NCBI RefSeq assembly: GCF_000315625.1
Contig: NW_005434612.1
Coordinates: forward strand, 417,325-481,324
Length of the DNA: 64,000 nucleotides
Origin: Guillardia theta CCMP2712
Taxonomy: Eukaryota > Protista > Cryptophyta
Reading direction: 5' to 3'
In this document: positions 12,920 to 24,579 of the stretch, piece after piece
Position numbering within the stretch: position 1 is the first letter of the stretch
Layout: each line of letters opens with the position of its first letter
Translations under genes and position numbers: made by a program
The notes under the pieces: generated by a model
The model's input: only the letters and a program-made list of their open reading frames with translations
Databases searched by the model: none
Told to the model about the DNA's origin: nothing

Positions 12920-15900
12920 GTTGGATGGGGGGGGGGGGCAGGAAGTGGTGGAGGAGGAGAGTCACCCAGTCTTGTGTTGCGTTGCTGATGACGAGGACGA
13001 GAGAGTTCTCATTCACCGAGCAAGTGACCTGCACGAGTCAGCGCAGGGAGCGCGCGAGCAGCGGCAACCTGCCCTCCGCTCCTCCGCTCGATCGAGACGT
13101 GATGAAAGAGAACCATCGCCCCGGGCAGGAGGCCAGGAGGAGCGAAGAACCTGCCACAAACCTCACCCTCCTCCCTCCTCTTGAGATCGCGGCAGCTCAC
13201 TGAGAAGTATCCAGGTAGACATCCACGTGGCCGAGCAGCCCTCGGTGACCGCGGCCTCCCTCCTCCCTCCTTCCTCCTTCCTCCTCCGCCACCGGGGCCC
13301 CTGGATCGACAGCCCGGAGGAGGAGGACGGTAGCAGCGGAGGAGGTGTGCTTTAATCTCCAGCTCCTGTCAACCAGGAGAACCCGCAGAGAAGCGTAACG
13401 GACTGGAAGTTCCTGGGAGAAGAGTCAGGAGCCAGCTGGGTGAGAGGTAGGGAACCTCGCCGACAGCCACGAGGTCAGCAACGCTGCGGATGGGGTAGAG
13501 CTCCTGCCATCGGAGGCGGCAGAGGTCGAGGAAGGCGCGGCAGGGCGAGTCCTCCTCCTCCTCCTCCAGCTTGCAGGCCGAGAGCACAGAGCTGACGGCG
13601 ATGGTGACCTGGACCCAGTCAGAGCAAAGGGAGGAGCCCAGGAGGAGCCCACCTGCCACTTCTCCTCCGTCCTGCTGGAGTAGACGACCTTGAGCCTGTA
13701 GACGGACCCAGGAATCTTTGACATGCGATCAGACGCGGAGTTGGCGAGGAGGAAGGGGGAAGGAGCAGGAGACGGAGCAGGAGATGGAGCAGGAGATGAC
13801 AGAAGGGGGGGGGGGCGGGAGGTACCAAAGAGAAGAGGGTTGGAAGGCACACTATCGGAAATTTCAAGCAGAGGGAGAGGGAGGAGGAGCCTGAAGTTGA
13901 ACGTCACTGCTGCCCCTGGGGGCAATAAAGGAGGAGGGGGGTCACCACAGTCGCTGACCATCCTCCAGCAGCTCAGCTTGAACGAAGTTTCCTTCCTTCT
14001 CACCCGCGTGACGAATATCGTCAGCTCCTCCTCACCCTCCACTGATTTCACAGTAGATCGTCGTAGCAGCACGATGGCCCTCTGCGACTTTTCCGTCGCC
14101 TCAATCCTCCTATGCTCCCCATGCCACTGGTTGCTCCCCCTCACCTCCTCCTCCTCCTCCTCCTCCTCCTCCTCTGCTGTAAAACTCACGAACTCCAAAT
14201 CGTAGCCTCTGTCCGCGCCGTCCCGACGGGTCCAAGTGCGAGGGCAACCACACAAGCTCAGCTGGAAGCAGCGAAGGGCCACAAGGTCACCGAGCTGGAA
14301 GCTGGGTAGCAGCGGGTAGGAGCTGGGAAGCGAGAGGTGAACGAGGTCGGTTTCATCCTGTAGAGCGACGTGACCTCGATGCTGCACCAGCCTCCCGATG
14401 AGAACAAAGCTGCCTCTTTCTCCTCCTCCTGCTCCTCCTCCTGCTCCTCCTCCTGCTCCTCCTCCATCTGTTCCTGTTCGCGCTGCTGCTGCTGCTGCTG
14501 CTCCACCATCACCACCACCTCTTCCTTGCCCTTGCCTTTGCGCTCCTTCACACCAGCCCCGTCTCCTGGCCCCACAGAGAGACAGTAGCGGGTCCTGATC
14601 CTCCTCGCTTTTCATTGTTCTTCCTACCGCCAACCTGGTCTCTCTTGCGGACAGCACAAGGTATTCTTCAGCTCCTCCTCCCCCTTCTCCTCGCCTGCTG
14701 CTCCTGCTGCTGTTCCAAGACTGCGCCGCTACCTTGAGCTGCTTGCAGGAGGGGTAGAGCTCAGTGGCTTCTTCCTCCCTCGCTTCCCTTCCCTCGCACT
14801 CCACTCGGCGGCTTCTGGCAAACGCCAGGTACTGACTCTGCCTCCCTCCCTGGGCCTTCACCTCTCGCTCCGCATCTCTGAGCTCCCCCATGAAGGCAGG
14901 CTGCCGTAACGCCCCGCACAGGAGGAGGAAGACCAAGTCCATCCTCCTCCCACCCACACTGCCTTGCGCCTCCTTCTCCTCTCGCCGCCTCCTCCTGCTC
15001 CGAAACTTGCGGATAAGCTGCAGGAGACTTGGGAGGGTCCGACAGAAGCGGCATGGCGACAGACTGCGGTAAAGGGGGCTGAGCAGAGAGAGGGGGTTGA
15101 GCAGGGGAAGAGAAGGAGGGGGGGAAGAGGAGAGAGAGAAGGAGACGAGCTCTAAGGAGGAGAATGAGAAGCATGCGAGGGCGATTTTGCTGCCGTTAGT
15201 GATGACTGGGAGGACGTGGACGACGCGGAGCCTCGCGCCGAGTCTGAGGAGAGCGAAAGAAGAGGGGGGGAGAGCGAGGGCGAAGACGAAGCAGCGAGAG
15301 TCTAGCACGAGGATCCCTTCCTCTCTCACGCCTGTCAGGACCCCCTCATACTCCACCACCCCGCCCCTCCTCGAGGCTCCTTCCTCCTCCTCCTCCTCCT
15401 CCTCCTCCCCCATACTTTGCAGAGACTTGGGCTGAAACGAGTCAGACAGGAGAAGCAGGAGAAGCAGGAGGCAACCTGAGAGATGGTGGTGGCAGCGGCA
15501 AGGGGAGGGGAGGAGAGAACCTCCCACACACGTGTGCTCTCACTCTGACCACTCCTTGCTCCCTCCCTGCTTGGTTCCTCCTCCTGCATGGCGCGTAGCA
15601 ACCGAAGCTCGGACGGGGTTCCCTTCTCTAGGCGAGAGAGTCGGAGGTTGGAGATGATGTACCTCCTGCCTGTCTGTAGCAGAGGAAACCACCGGACATG
15701 CTTGCTGCCTTTGAAGATGATCAGCAGGCTTGAGCTGAACTTTCTGCTCCCCCCGGCTCCTCGACTTCCATCCCCACCTTCCGAACCTTGAAGATTCCTC
15801 CCCTTGCCGCCCCTTCGTTCGTCCTCCGCAAGCTCGACGAAGAAAAATGCGTCAGCCGCTGAGTCGCAAGCGAAGATGGGGCTCTTAGAGGCGACCACCC

Positions 15901-16896
15901 CCTGTACGTTCCCCTCCCTCCTCTGCCTCTGCTGAAATTCTCTGACAGAGTCTGCGGTTGCGTGAGAAGGAGAGAGTGCAGGAGGCCGCAGACCAGCAGG
16001 AGGAGCAAGAGAAACATCTGCGTAGGTGGAGGAGACTGTCGATCTCCCGACCACTCGCGCATCTAACAGAGAGTCACCTGTGGCCTGAGAAGTAGAAAAA
16101 GCTGAAGGAGCGGAAGGAGGAGAGAGGCAGGTATGACAAAGGAGGTGGAGGAGAATACAAGATGAGAACAACAAAACAAAGAGAACCAACAGCATCAGAA
16201 GAAAGAGAACCTTTCAGTTCGATGAAGCATGACTGCTTCACAGAGTCTTCTGATCCTCCAAAAGTGTTGAAAGAAATGCCGAGAAGGAGTTTCCCGAGCA
16301 TTGGAGTGATGACAGTTGATTCCTGCGCTATTATATGAGGGAGAGCACGACACGAGCAGTATACCTCGAAGAGGACATTGAAACAACCCGAGCGATCCCG
16401 AAGCAGCAGCGAGCAAGTCTCGTTGCTGCAGGAGGAGCAGTCGATTTCTGCGATGAAGAGGAACTTTATCTTGCGCGATGAGGAGCTTGTGGGGCTCGAA
16501 CATTCAACCTGCAGAGCAAGTCTGCGTCTCGCTCTTCTCAGCTTCTCCTTACCTTGTTCTGTCTCAGTTGGCTGAGCCCTAGCAACTGGAAGGAGAACAA
16601 CTCCTGCGCGCTCCTCTCCTCATCGTCTCCTCCCTCTCCCCCCACCTCCTTCCCCTTGAGCTCCCTGGGCCCACAGAGCAAGAGAATCTCGATAATGCTC
16701 CGCGTCACTTGGCGGGCCTGGCACAGTAGTCAGGAGCCCACGGGGACGAGGAGGCAGAACCTCCGGCAACGAGAGGAACGTCCATGTGAGTACTGCCTCG
16801 AGGATAGCCTGCGTCATCCTCCTCATCCTCGTCCTCCTCCTCCTCCTCCCCTACCTTGACCCACACCTTCCGCTCGTCATCGCGACCCACCTTCAT
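11430..16896 (-). CDS. CTC1: probable CST complex subunit CTC1 (multi-OB-fold telomere protein), multi-exon
   Basis: Ordered motifs matching my recollection of human/plant CTC1: VQGVVASKSPIF..FFFVEL; LIIFKGSKHVRWFPLLQTGRRYIISNLRLSRL; VEYEGVLTGV..GILVLD..LRLGARLRVVHV..LACFSFSSLELVSFS; VLIGRL..GHVALQDET; C-terminal CRWC and VEGDDGS. Ends approximate. Confidence 0.7.
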
Positions 16897-16943
16897 CAGC
16901 CTGCTCTGTGGTGTAAGTGACCTGCTAGAATCCTCGCACGCTC

Positions 16944-17414
16944 TTACCCGAAGAGTTCATCCTCATCTTCCATCATGTCTGCACTGCTACGTTGTATCGC
17001 TACCTGCTCACCCACAGCAACTGATGGGTCTTGTTCTCCTGCCAGCCCTCGGCCTGATGTCCCTGATGCTTCTATGATGTTCCCATTCCTTCCTGCAGCT
17101 CCTGCCTCGCGAGGGGAGAAGCTCTTGATTTCAGACGCATCAGACACACGTTGTGCCCTCGCAGTCCCTCCCACTTCCTTCTTGTTCTGCTCGCTCTCTT
17201 CCCTCTGTGTCTTTGACGTTCGACAACCCGCCAGCCCATCGCTGATACTTTTCTCTGAATCCTCCACTTCCATCTCATCCACCGCAGGCTTCGCACCTTG
17301 CTCTTCCGTCCCTCCTTCACTCGCCTTGGCATGGTACACGTGGCGGTATGTGCATTTCTCTTTGAAGCTGCAGATCCCGTTCCGCCAGTACTGGAAGCAC
17401 ATCCCTCGCTGCAT
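16944..17414 (-). CDS. CCCH zinc-finger protein (possibly the last exon of a longer gene)
   Basis: CFQYWRNGICSFKEKCTYRH (C-x8-C-x5-C-x3-H) followed by an acidic tail. Confidence 0.65.
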   Translation of the reverse strand: MQRGMCFQYWRNGICSFKEKCTYRHVYHAKASEGGTEEQGAKPAVDEMEVEDSEKSISDGLAGCRTSKTQREESEQNKKEVGGTARAQRVSDASEIKSFSPREAGAAGRNGNIIEASGTSGRGLAGEQDPSVAVGEQVAIQRSSADMMEDEDELFG

Positions 17415-17769
17415 CGAGACCTGCTCGATCCCTCCGTCAGTCTAGAGGACTGTGGTGTGTTTGAATAACATGATGTCAACAAAGATCCCATGATGTCAAC
17501 AAACATCGGACACTGCCTAATCACAATCTTCTCTAGTCAGTCATCTCTCTTCAACATTTTACAGACTTTCTCTGAAGGCTTGTCCTCTGACGTACCTCTC
17601 GCCCCTCTATCTCAATGTCTAACAGCCTTTCGCTCCATCTGCCTACTACTTCCTACTTCTTTTTAGGCAACCTCCCTTCGATCACTCCCCGTCCTCCCCC
17701 TCCCCTCCCTCCCCTTCCCCTCAGTTTCAATTTTCTGATCTCCTTTCCCGCGAACTTTGAAACCCATCA

Positions 17770-18470
17770 TGTGACATCCGGCCGGGTTCTTTCACTGCTC
17801 GGAGTAGTCATTGCCGCCCGACTCGCGCCGGGCCCGGTCAGTGACGGTCGGGTCCCTCCCCGGCCGGGCCCGGACGCCCGGCCAGGCCAGCAGGGCCTGC
17901 CAGCCTGAGTGAAAGAAAGGCTCGGGCCCCCAGGGCCGGGGCAAGCCTGAAATCCGACGCCGCCGAAGTTCATCAGTGCCGCGTGAGGCTGACGGCAGTG
18001 TCCACGGTGGCACGGCGCCGCCGGGCGTACGGTGGTCGCCGCGGCGTCTCATAAGTGATCCGGGGGGCCAGCCCGGCCGCCGGGCTGTCAGAGGCCCGAT
18101 TCAAGTCAAGTTCCGAAGTTCTCGGAGCCGCGCCCGGGCCGGACACTGCGGCGGGGCGTGTCACGGAGGCTGTCCGAACCACGGCACGGTCACCGCGGGG
18201 CCGCCGCGCCGCGACTGGCGGCGTTTAACGGTTCCGAAGTTCGGGAGCCCGGCGCGGCTTGAAGTTGCCGCAGTGGCCACCGAAGCCTATGCCGGGACTC
18301 CCGGCGCTGACCCGGTACCGTGTTGGCCTCCGAGACCGTCGGACCGTCGCCCGGTACCCGTACGGCGCCCCGGCCGGGTACAGGCCGCCCTCCGAGCGTG
18401 GCAGGCTGAGTCGCGGCCGCTGGCCCCTCAGTCGCCGGGATGCCGCAGTGCGGCTGCAACAAGAGGTGGA
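17770..18470. other. CpG-rich non-coding island built from short palindromic words
   Basis: Very GC-rich, with recurring CCGGCC, GCCGCG, GGCCC, GTGAC/GTCAC and CCGAAGTTC words. Similar islands at 20620-20940, 31180-31310, 54720-55010 and 63020-63310. Confidence 0.55.
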
Positions 18471-19062
18471 ACTTGAAACGCAGACCCCCCACTTCTCTAG
18501 TCCGTAACATGGACTCTAGGGGGTAGGGGTAGGTATCAAAACCAGTGGATAAGGGGGTACAACATGAGCAGCCCTGCAACTAGGAGGCATAAAGCAATTA
18601 TGAATTTATGATAATATGTTTATGTTATGTATTTTTATGATACATAACAAGTATAATTATCGTGTAATTTTCTATAATTTCCCATTTCCATAATGCATTA
18701 TAAGATGATTCTTATAACACATCACGGACCACATCCCCATACATAAGGCGCCGCGACTCATCCTGAGATACCCCCTGGGGAGAACCCCTACCCCTATGAT
18801 GATCACCCCACCAATATAGATATTGAATTCATCCTTGGGTATCCCATCAGCTGCCTGGTGAAATGACCCGTACTTGGTGGTACCTACCCGTGAAATTTGG
18901 GATCAATGTCACCCCCACCCCCTCCCCAGTAGTTCCCCAAGATCCAGTTTTCGTAGAAGCTCCGACTTGGACCGGCTCTCCTTCCTCCCTTGTTCAGGAC
19001 CCTTGTCTTGCTACCTCTCTTCTCCTTCTGTGCTCCTCCAACTCAGCTTCCATTCATCTGCC

Positions 19063-20569
19063 ATGCTTCGTAGATGCCTCGCCCTCGCGTTCGTCGCATC
19101 GTGCACCTGTTTCGCACCGCCCATGTTCACGAGAGAGTTTGCTCCTCGATCGAGAGCTGCGGGCCGTGGGATGCCTCTGAGACTGTTTGCTCGGCACGAC
19201 GATCCCGCTTCGAAAGCTGGAAGGAGGGATGTTCTTGGTTGGATGACTGTTGGTGTCGCATCAGCGTTACTACAGGGTTACCAGCCCCCACCTGCAGAAG
19301 CTGTGATCAGCGATTTTGCAAAATTGCGGGAGCTTGAGGAACTGCAGGTAGTTATGATAAGGAACATTCCATCACAATCTGACCATGCGCTTTCTCTGTT
19401 TCTCTCCAGGCGGAAATCTTCGAGCAGTCGGTTCCATCTGTTTGCTTCATCAGTACGGAATACACGTCCATGGCGCAGCAGCTCAATCTGGACAGCAACT
19501 CGCTCCCCAAGGGGGTTGGCTCTGGTTTCGTTTGGGACGATAAAGGTCACATCGTCACCAACTTCCACGTGATCAACAAGGTGAGCGTCTCCTGCGACAT
19601 GGCCCGTTCCCTCACTCTCATCAGGTCGATAGCGCGATGGTCGTCCTGACAAAAACCGACGGCACGACGGAGAAGTACAAGGCCAAGCTCACTGGGGTGG
19701 ACCCAGACAAAGACATCGCTGTCTTGAAGATCGACGCACCGGCTTCCTTGTTGAAGAAGCTGCCTGTGGGCGACAGCTCCAAGATCAGAGTTGGGCAGTT
19801 TTCCTTCGCCATCGGAAATCCGTTCGGACAAGACCACACGCTCACGTCAGGCATCATCTCAGGGAAGAATAGGGAGATCACTGCGCCTACAGGACGAAAG
19901 ATCAAGGGTGTGATCCAGACAGACGCTGCCATCAACCCTGGAAACTCTGGAGGCCCTCTCCTCAACAGCCAGGGTCAGCTCATCGGCATCAACACGGCGA
20001 GTCTTGGAGCTGGGGTCTCAGCTGGGGTCGGGTTCGCAGTTCCCATCGACTTGGCCGTTCCCACGATTGAGCAGCTCATCGAGTTTGGACAAGTGCAACG
20101 TGCAATCCTCGGCATCTCCTACCTCGAGCGCGTACCAACGGCATCAGAGTCAGAGCGGAGCGGCATCCCTCGCATTGAGAAAGGAATCGTTGTGCTGGAG
20201 GTCCCTCCCAACTCTCCAGCAGCCGCTGCTGGCATGATTGCAGTCAAGCGATCGAAAGACCCCAAGAGCAAGCCCGAGCTCGGCGACGTGATTGTCGGAA
20301 TCGACAAGTACGAGATCAAAGATCCTTTGGATCTCAGCGCTGTCCTGGCCAAGTACAAGCCAGGAAACAAGGTTTCTGTGAAGGTGCTGCGAGGCCCTGA
20401 GCAGACACCGCAGACTCTTGCTTTGACACTTGGAGCCTTCCAAGGAAGTGCGTTCACGAAGCTGGAGAACGAGCGAGGTGCAGACTTTGCAGCGAAAGGA
20501 ACGCCTTTGAACGTTCCTCTCTCGGAAATTGCTCCTGCAATCACTCCTCGCATGCCTTCTGCCAATTAA
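19063..20569 (+). CDS. DegP/HtrA serine protease with PDZ domain, thylakoid-lumen type; introns 19348-19409 and 19581-19624
   Basis: GSGFVWD, VTNFHVI (His), DKDIAVLKI (Asp), IQTDAAINPGNSGGPL (Ser), PDZ region. Leader MLRRCLALAFVASCTC|F plus twin-Arg RRDVL..AEA. Confidence 0.93.
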
Positions 20570-21704
20570 TAAACAAGCACTTTGACAGAACAGACAGCAC
20601 TGTCGCTCGATGACTCCGATTGCCTCCTGAGCCGCTCCGGGGAGTCCCGGCACTAGAAAGCCGCCGAGTCGGAAGACTCCGGTGACGTGCCACCGTAACG
20701 ATGATCCTGCTCGTCCCGGGCCCTGGTCCGGCGGCCGCGCGAAGTTCGTCAGTCTCAGAAACGCGAGCCTCGGAGTCAGACGCGGCCGCGCACAGTTCAG
20801 TCCGACCGTACACACGGTGTCAGGTCAGGGGTGACCGTCAGTCAGGCCGGCCCCCCACGATGCCACGGTGCGCCGCGGCCGGGCCGCACCGGCCGGGCCC
20901 TCAGCGGCTCAGACTACCTAACTTCGCCTTGAAGTGAGTCACGTTGAGTCTCACCGGACAGGCTGCGTCTGTGGTGGTCGGTTATGAGCCTCTGAGAGAC
21001 GAAGGTTGCGGCACTTCTGATAGGAGGGTAGGGGTACATGCTGAGGGGGTTAGGGGTAGTTGAGATGGGTGGGTCAATCTGTGGGGGTGGTACCAGTGTT
21101 GGGGGTAGCGAGTGCAAAGCCATTTTAAGGTGGGGTACTTGAAGAATTTTCCAGTAGGGGTGGTGCCATTTCTTTAAAAAACAGCCCAACGGGTACTCTT
21201 ATCACCCTACCCCTCCGTCTCCATTTGAAATTAGCACTGTCCATGGGAGCTCTACGGTAGATAGGGGTACAAAAATCTTATCTGAGGGGTAGTCTGGTTA
21301 GGGTAGAGGGAAACGTAGGGTGGGGTGGTGGTCATCTCTCTATTATCAAGTTTTAAACGTCCTCGTGATGCGAATTATGCCTACCCCCTCCAAAATTGAC
21401 CCCTACCACCTATGTCCAGATGTTTGTCTGTATAAAAAGGGGGGTTAATTTCATGACCCCACCCCCAGATTTGAAGCTGTGTACTCTTAAGCATCTCTTC
21501 GGGGACTTTGTCTCGCCGCTCGCTTGCTCCTGCTTCCCCGCGCTCTCGCGTTTCTCGCGTCCCTGCTGCGGTTGCCTCCTCGTCCTCCTCCTCCTCCTCC
21601 TCCTCCTCCTCCTCCTCCTCCTCTCCCGTCTCCTCTCATCCCGACGACCTGGAAGCTCAGGGAACTTCAACCCCTCCAAGCAACAAGGAAATCTGGTTTG
21701 AGAT

Positions 21705-23690
21705 ATGGCAACGCAAACCGGGGAACTGGTTTACCCCTCGCACGAGCAGTTTGCTCTGTCCGACCATGCGCACCTGAATGATGCGCATGCAGTGAAGAGC
21801 ATGAATGCAGGCAGCAACGTGTCCTCGCTCTTGATGGGGGGACAGTCCAACGTGAGTCAGAGCAGGTCGCTGAAAGGAAGCTCCCTGCGCGTAGGACACC
21901 CTGCGCACTTTGCCTGGTCGGACGTTGGCTTCACTCTCTCCCCGAAAGTGATCAGAGGGAATAAAGACCCGCAGGTCCTTAAGTCCTTGAAGGGATACGC
22001 CAAGCCCGGTGAGATCGTCGCCATCATGGGAGCGAGTGGGAGTGGCAAGACGTCGCTGCTGAATGTGCTCAGCGGACGGGTAGTGTCGATGAACGGGCAT
22101 GTGGTGACCTCCAAGTTCACAGTCAACGGTCACCCCACTAGTGGTGAGGAGCTCGGACCACAGATTGCGTACGTCATGCAGGAAGACACCTTGTGCCCAA
22201 CATCAACACCGCGCGAGGCCCTGGAGTTCAGCGCGAAGTTGAGGCTTCCCCCTTCCGTGACCGATGCAGAGAGGACGAGGATGGTCAACGACGTGATCAC
22301 GATCCTCCACCTTGACAGATGTGCGGACACCCTCATCGGTGACGAGATGATCAAGGGCATCTCAGGTGGAGAGAAGAGGTGAATGAATCTGTCTGCTGCC
22401 TGGAAGGAATACCTGACTGAATGTCGCAGGCGAACAAGCATCGGTGTGGAACTAATCACCTCGCCTTCAATTCTCTTTCTTGATGAACCAACGTCAGGAC
22501 TTGACTCTTTCGCGGCATACAACGTCATCCAGGCTCTGAAGGATCTGGCTGGCCTTGGGTGTACTGTGCTGTGCACTATCCATCAGCCCTCATCTGAAGT
22601 CTTTCACCTCTTCGATCGGACGATCCTGCTGGCAGAAGGAAGGACCCTCTACGATGGGAGAGTTGATCAGCTCTGTGATCACTTCATGAGGATCGGGTAT
22701 CCTGTACCGGAGGAGACGAACCCTGCCGATCACGTCATGTTCCTGATGCAGACCCTGGACAAGTCGCTGCTCAAGGACCTCTGCATGGCCTACGCAGCGG
22801 CCAACGACAAGTTCGACCCTCACACTGCGTGTGCGTTGGATGGAGGAGACATTCCTCGCAAGCTCAAGCGAGTACAGGCTGGCTGGTTCACTCAGTTCAT
22901 GGTGCTTGGAATGCGGGAGGTACAGACGGTTACCAGGAACAAGGGAGCGCTGATCGCGAGGTTCGGATCGGCGATTGGGCTCAACCTCATCTTCGCTCTC
23001 ATCTTTTACAAGGTTGGCAATGGTGGTGATATCCAGTCTCACTTCGGTGCCTTGGTGTTCCTCGCCATCAGCGCCATGTTCGGAGCAGCTCAGCCCGTCA
23101 TCCTGACCTTCCCTGCTGAGCGCCCTCGGTTTGTCCGTGAGTACGCGACAGGCACTTACGGGGCAGTGCCTTACTTCTGGTCGAAGCTCTTTACGGAGCT
23201 GCCGCTCACCTTCTTAGTGGCTCTGGTGGTCTTCCTTGTCACCTACTGGACTGAAGCTCTCAAGGGAAATTTCATCTTGCACGTGCTCATTGTCTGGCTC
23301 GTCAGCATCGCAGCCTCATCGACAGCTCTCTTTGCCGGCAGCATCGCATCCAACGTCAAGGTCGCCACGGAAGCGCTTCCAGCTATTTTCGTACCACAGA
23401 TCTTGTTTGCGGGCTTCTTCATCAAGATCGAACTCATCCCTGTGTGGATCCGCTGGGCTCAGTACCTCTGCTCGCTCAAGTTCGGCGTCAACCTCATCAT
23501 CCTCAACGAGTTTCATCGCTCGTGCCCTCCTGATCAGACGGTTGCCTGCGACTTCCTCATTTCTACGAGCGCTGCCGATCCCAAGATCTGGTACGTGTAC
23601 GTCATTATCCTCCTTGCCATCTTCCTTGGGTTTCGTCTTCTTGCGCTGTTCGCGCTTACTCGCCGAGCTCGTGGCTTTGCACTCGCATAA
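21705..23690 (+). CDS. ABCG (White-like) half transporter; intron 22379-22429
   Basis: Walker A GASGSGKT, signature ISGGEKRR, Walker B LFLDEPTSGLDS, CTIHQPS, ETNPAD, and a C-terminal ABC2 membrane domain. Confidence 0.95.
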
Positions 23691-23969
23691 GCAGCAGCGG
23701 ACGGACTGTCAAGTCTGCTTGTTAAACCTAGTGAAACAAATAGAAACTTGTGTGACCATGCGCAGGGTGTTGGTGTACCCTACCCCACCTCAACCTCTCT
23801 TTGACAGTAGATCGCAGGGGTGAATGACCGGTAGGGATGGTGAAGTTCATACTGGGTGGGTATTCTACTCAAGTATAGGGGGTAGGGGTGATGAAACAGA
23901 CAGGGGTGTTGATACCAGTGTTAATGGGATGTTTGACGGGGTGGGGGTGGTTTGGGGCGGAGGCCGAGG

Positions 23970-24535
23970 ATGGCGAAGCTGCTATGGCTGATGACGATGG
24001 CGACGATGGCGATGGGGATGAGAAGCGAAGGATGGGGAGACGGAAGAAGACACGTGGTGAGACGATGCAAGGAGAGAGGAGGAGAGGAGGAGACAAGAGA
24101 AGAAGCGATGAACGATGGTATAGAAGTCTAGTCCAGGAAGGGGAGCAATCAGATATTGCACGAGAGGAGGACAAGCACAGACAGGGAGTCACCAAGGTCA
24201 AACTTAAAACCATATGTGATGGAGGATGATGAAAGATGTGGATGAGCGTGAAGAGAGGAGACGTGAAGCAAGGAGGTGAGATGGAGGTGGCATGGGAGTA
24301 GGATAGAGGGTAAGAGAAGAGGAGAGAGCCTTTCAGAGAACAGTCAAGGGGAATGAGTTAGGAGCGTCAAACGTAGGGAGGAAAAAGGGTTGAGAGGGGA
24401 GGAAGGAACTGAAAGGATTGCACTGAATCAAGTCCTAATTCAGACTCTTCAACCCTTTCCTTCACCCTTACGACTTCGCGGAGGCTTCTTTGGTTGGTGG
24501 AACCAGCAGCAGCAGCAGCAGCAGCAGGAAATGTT

Positions 24536-24579
<44 letters not shown>

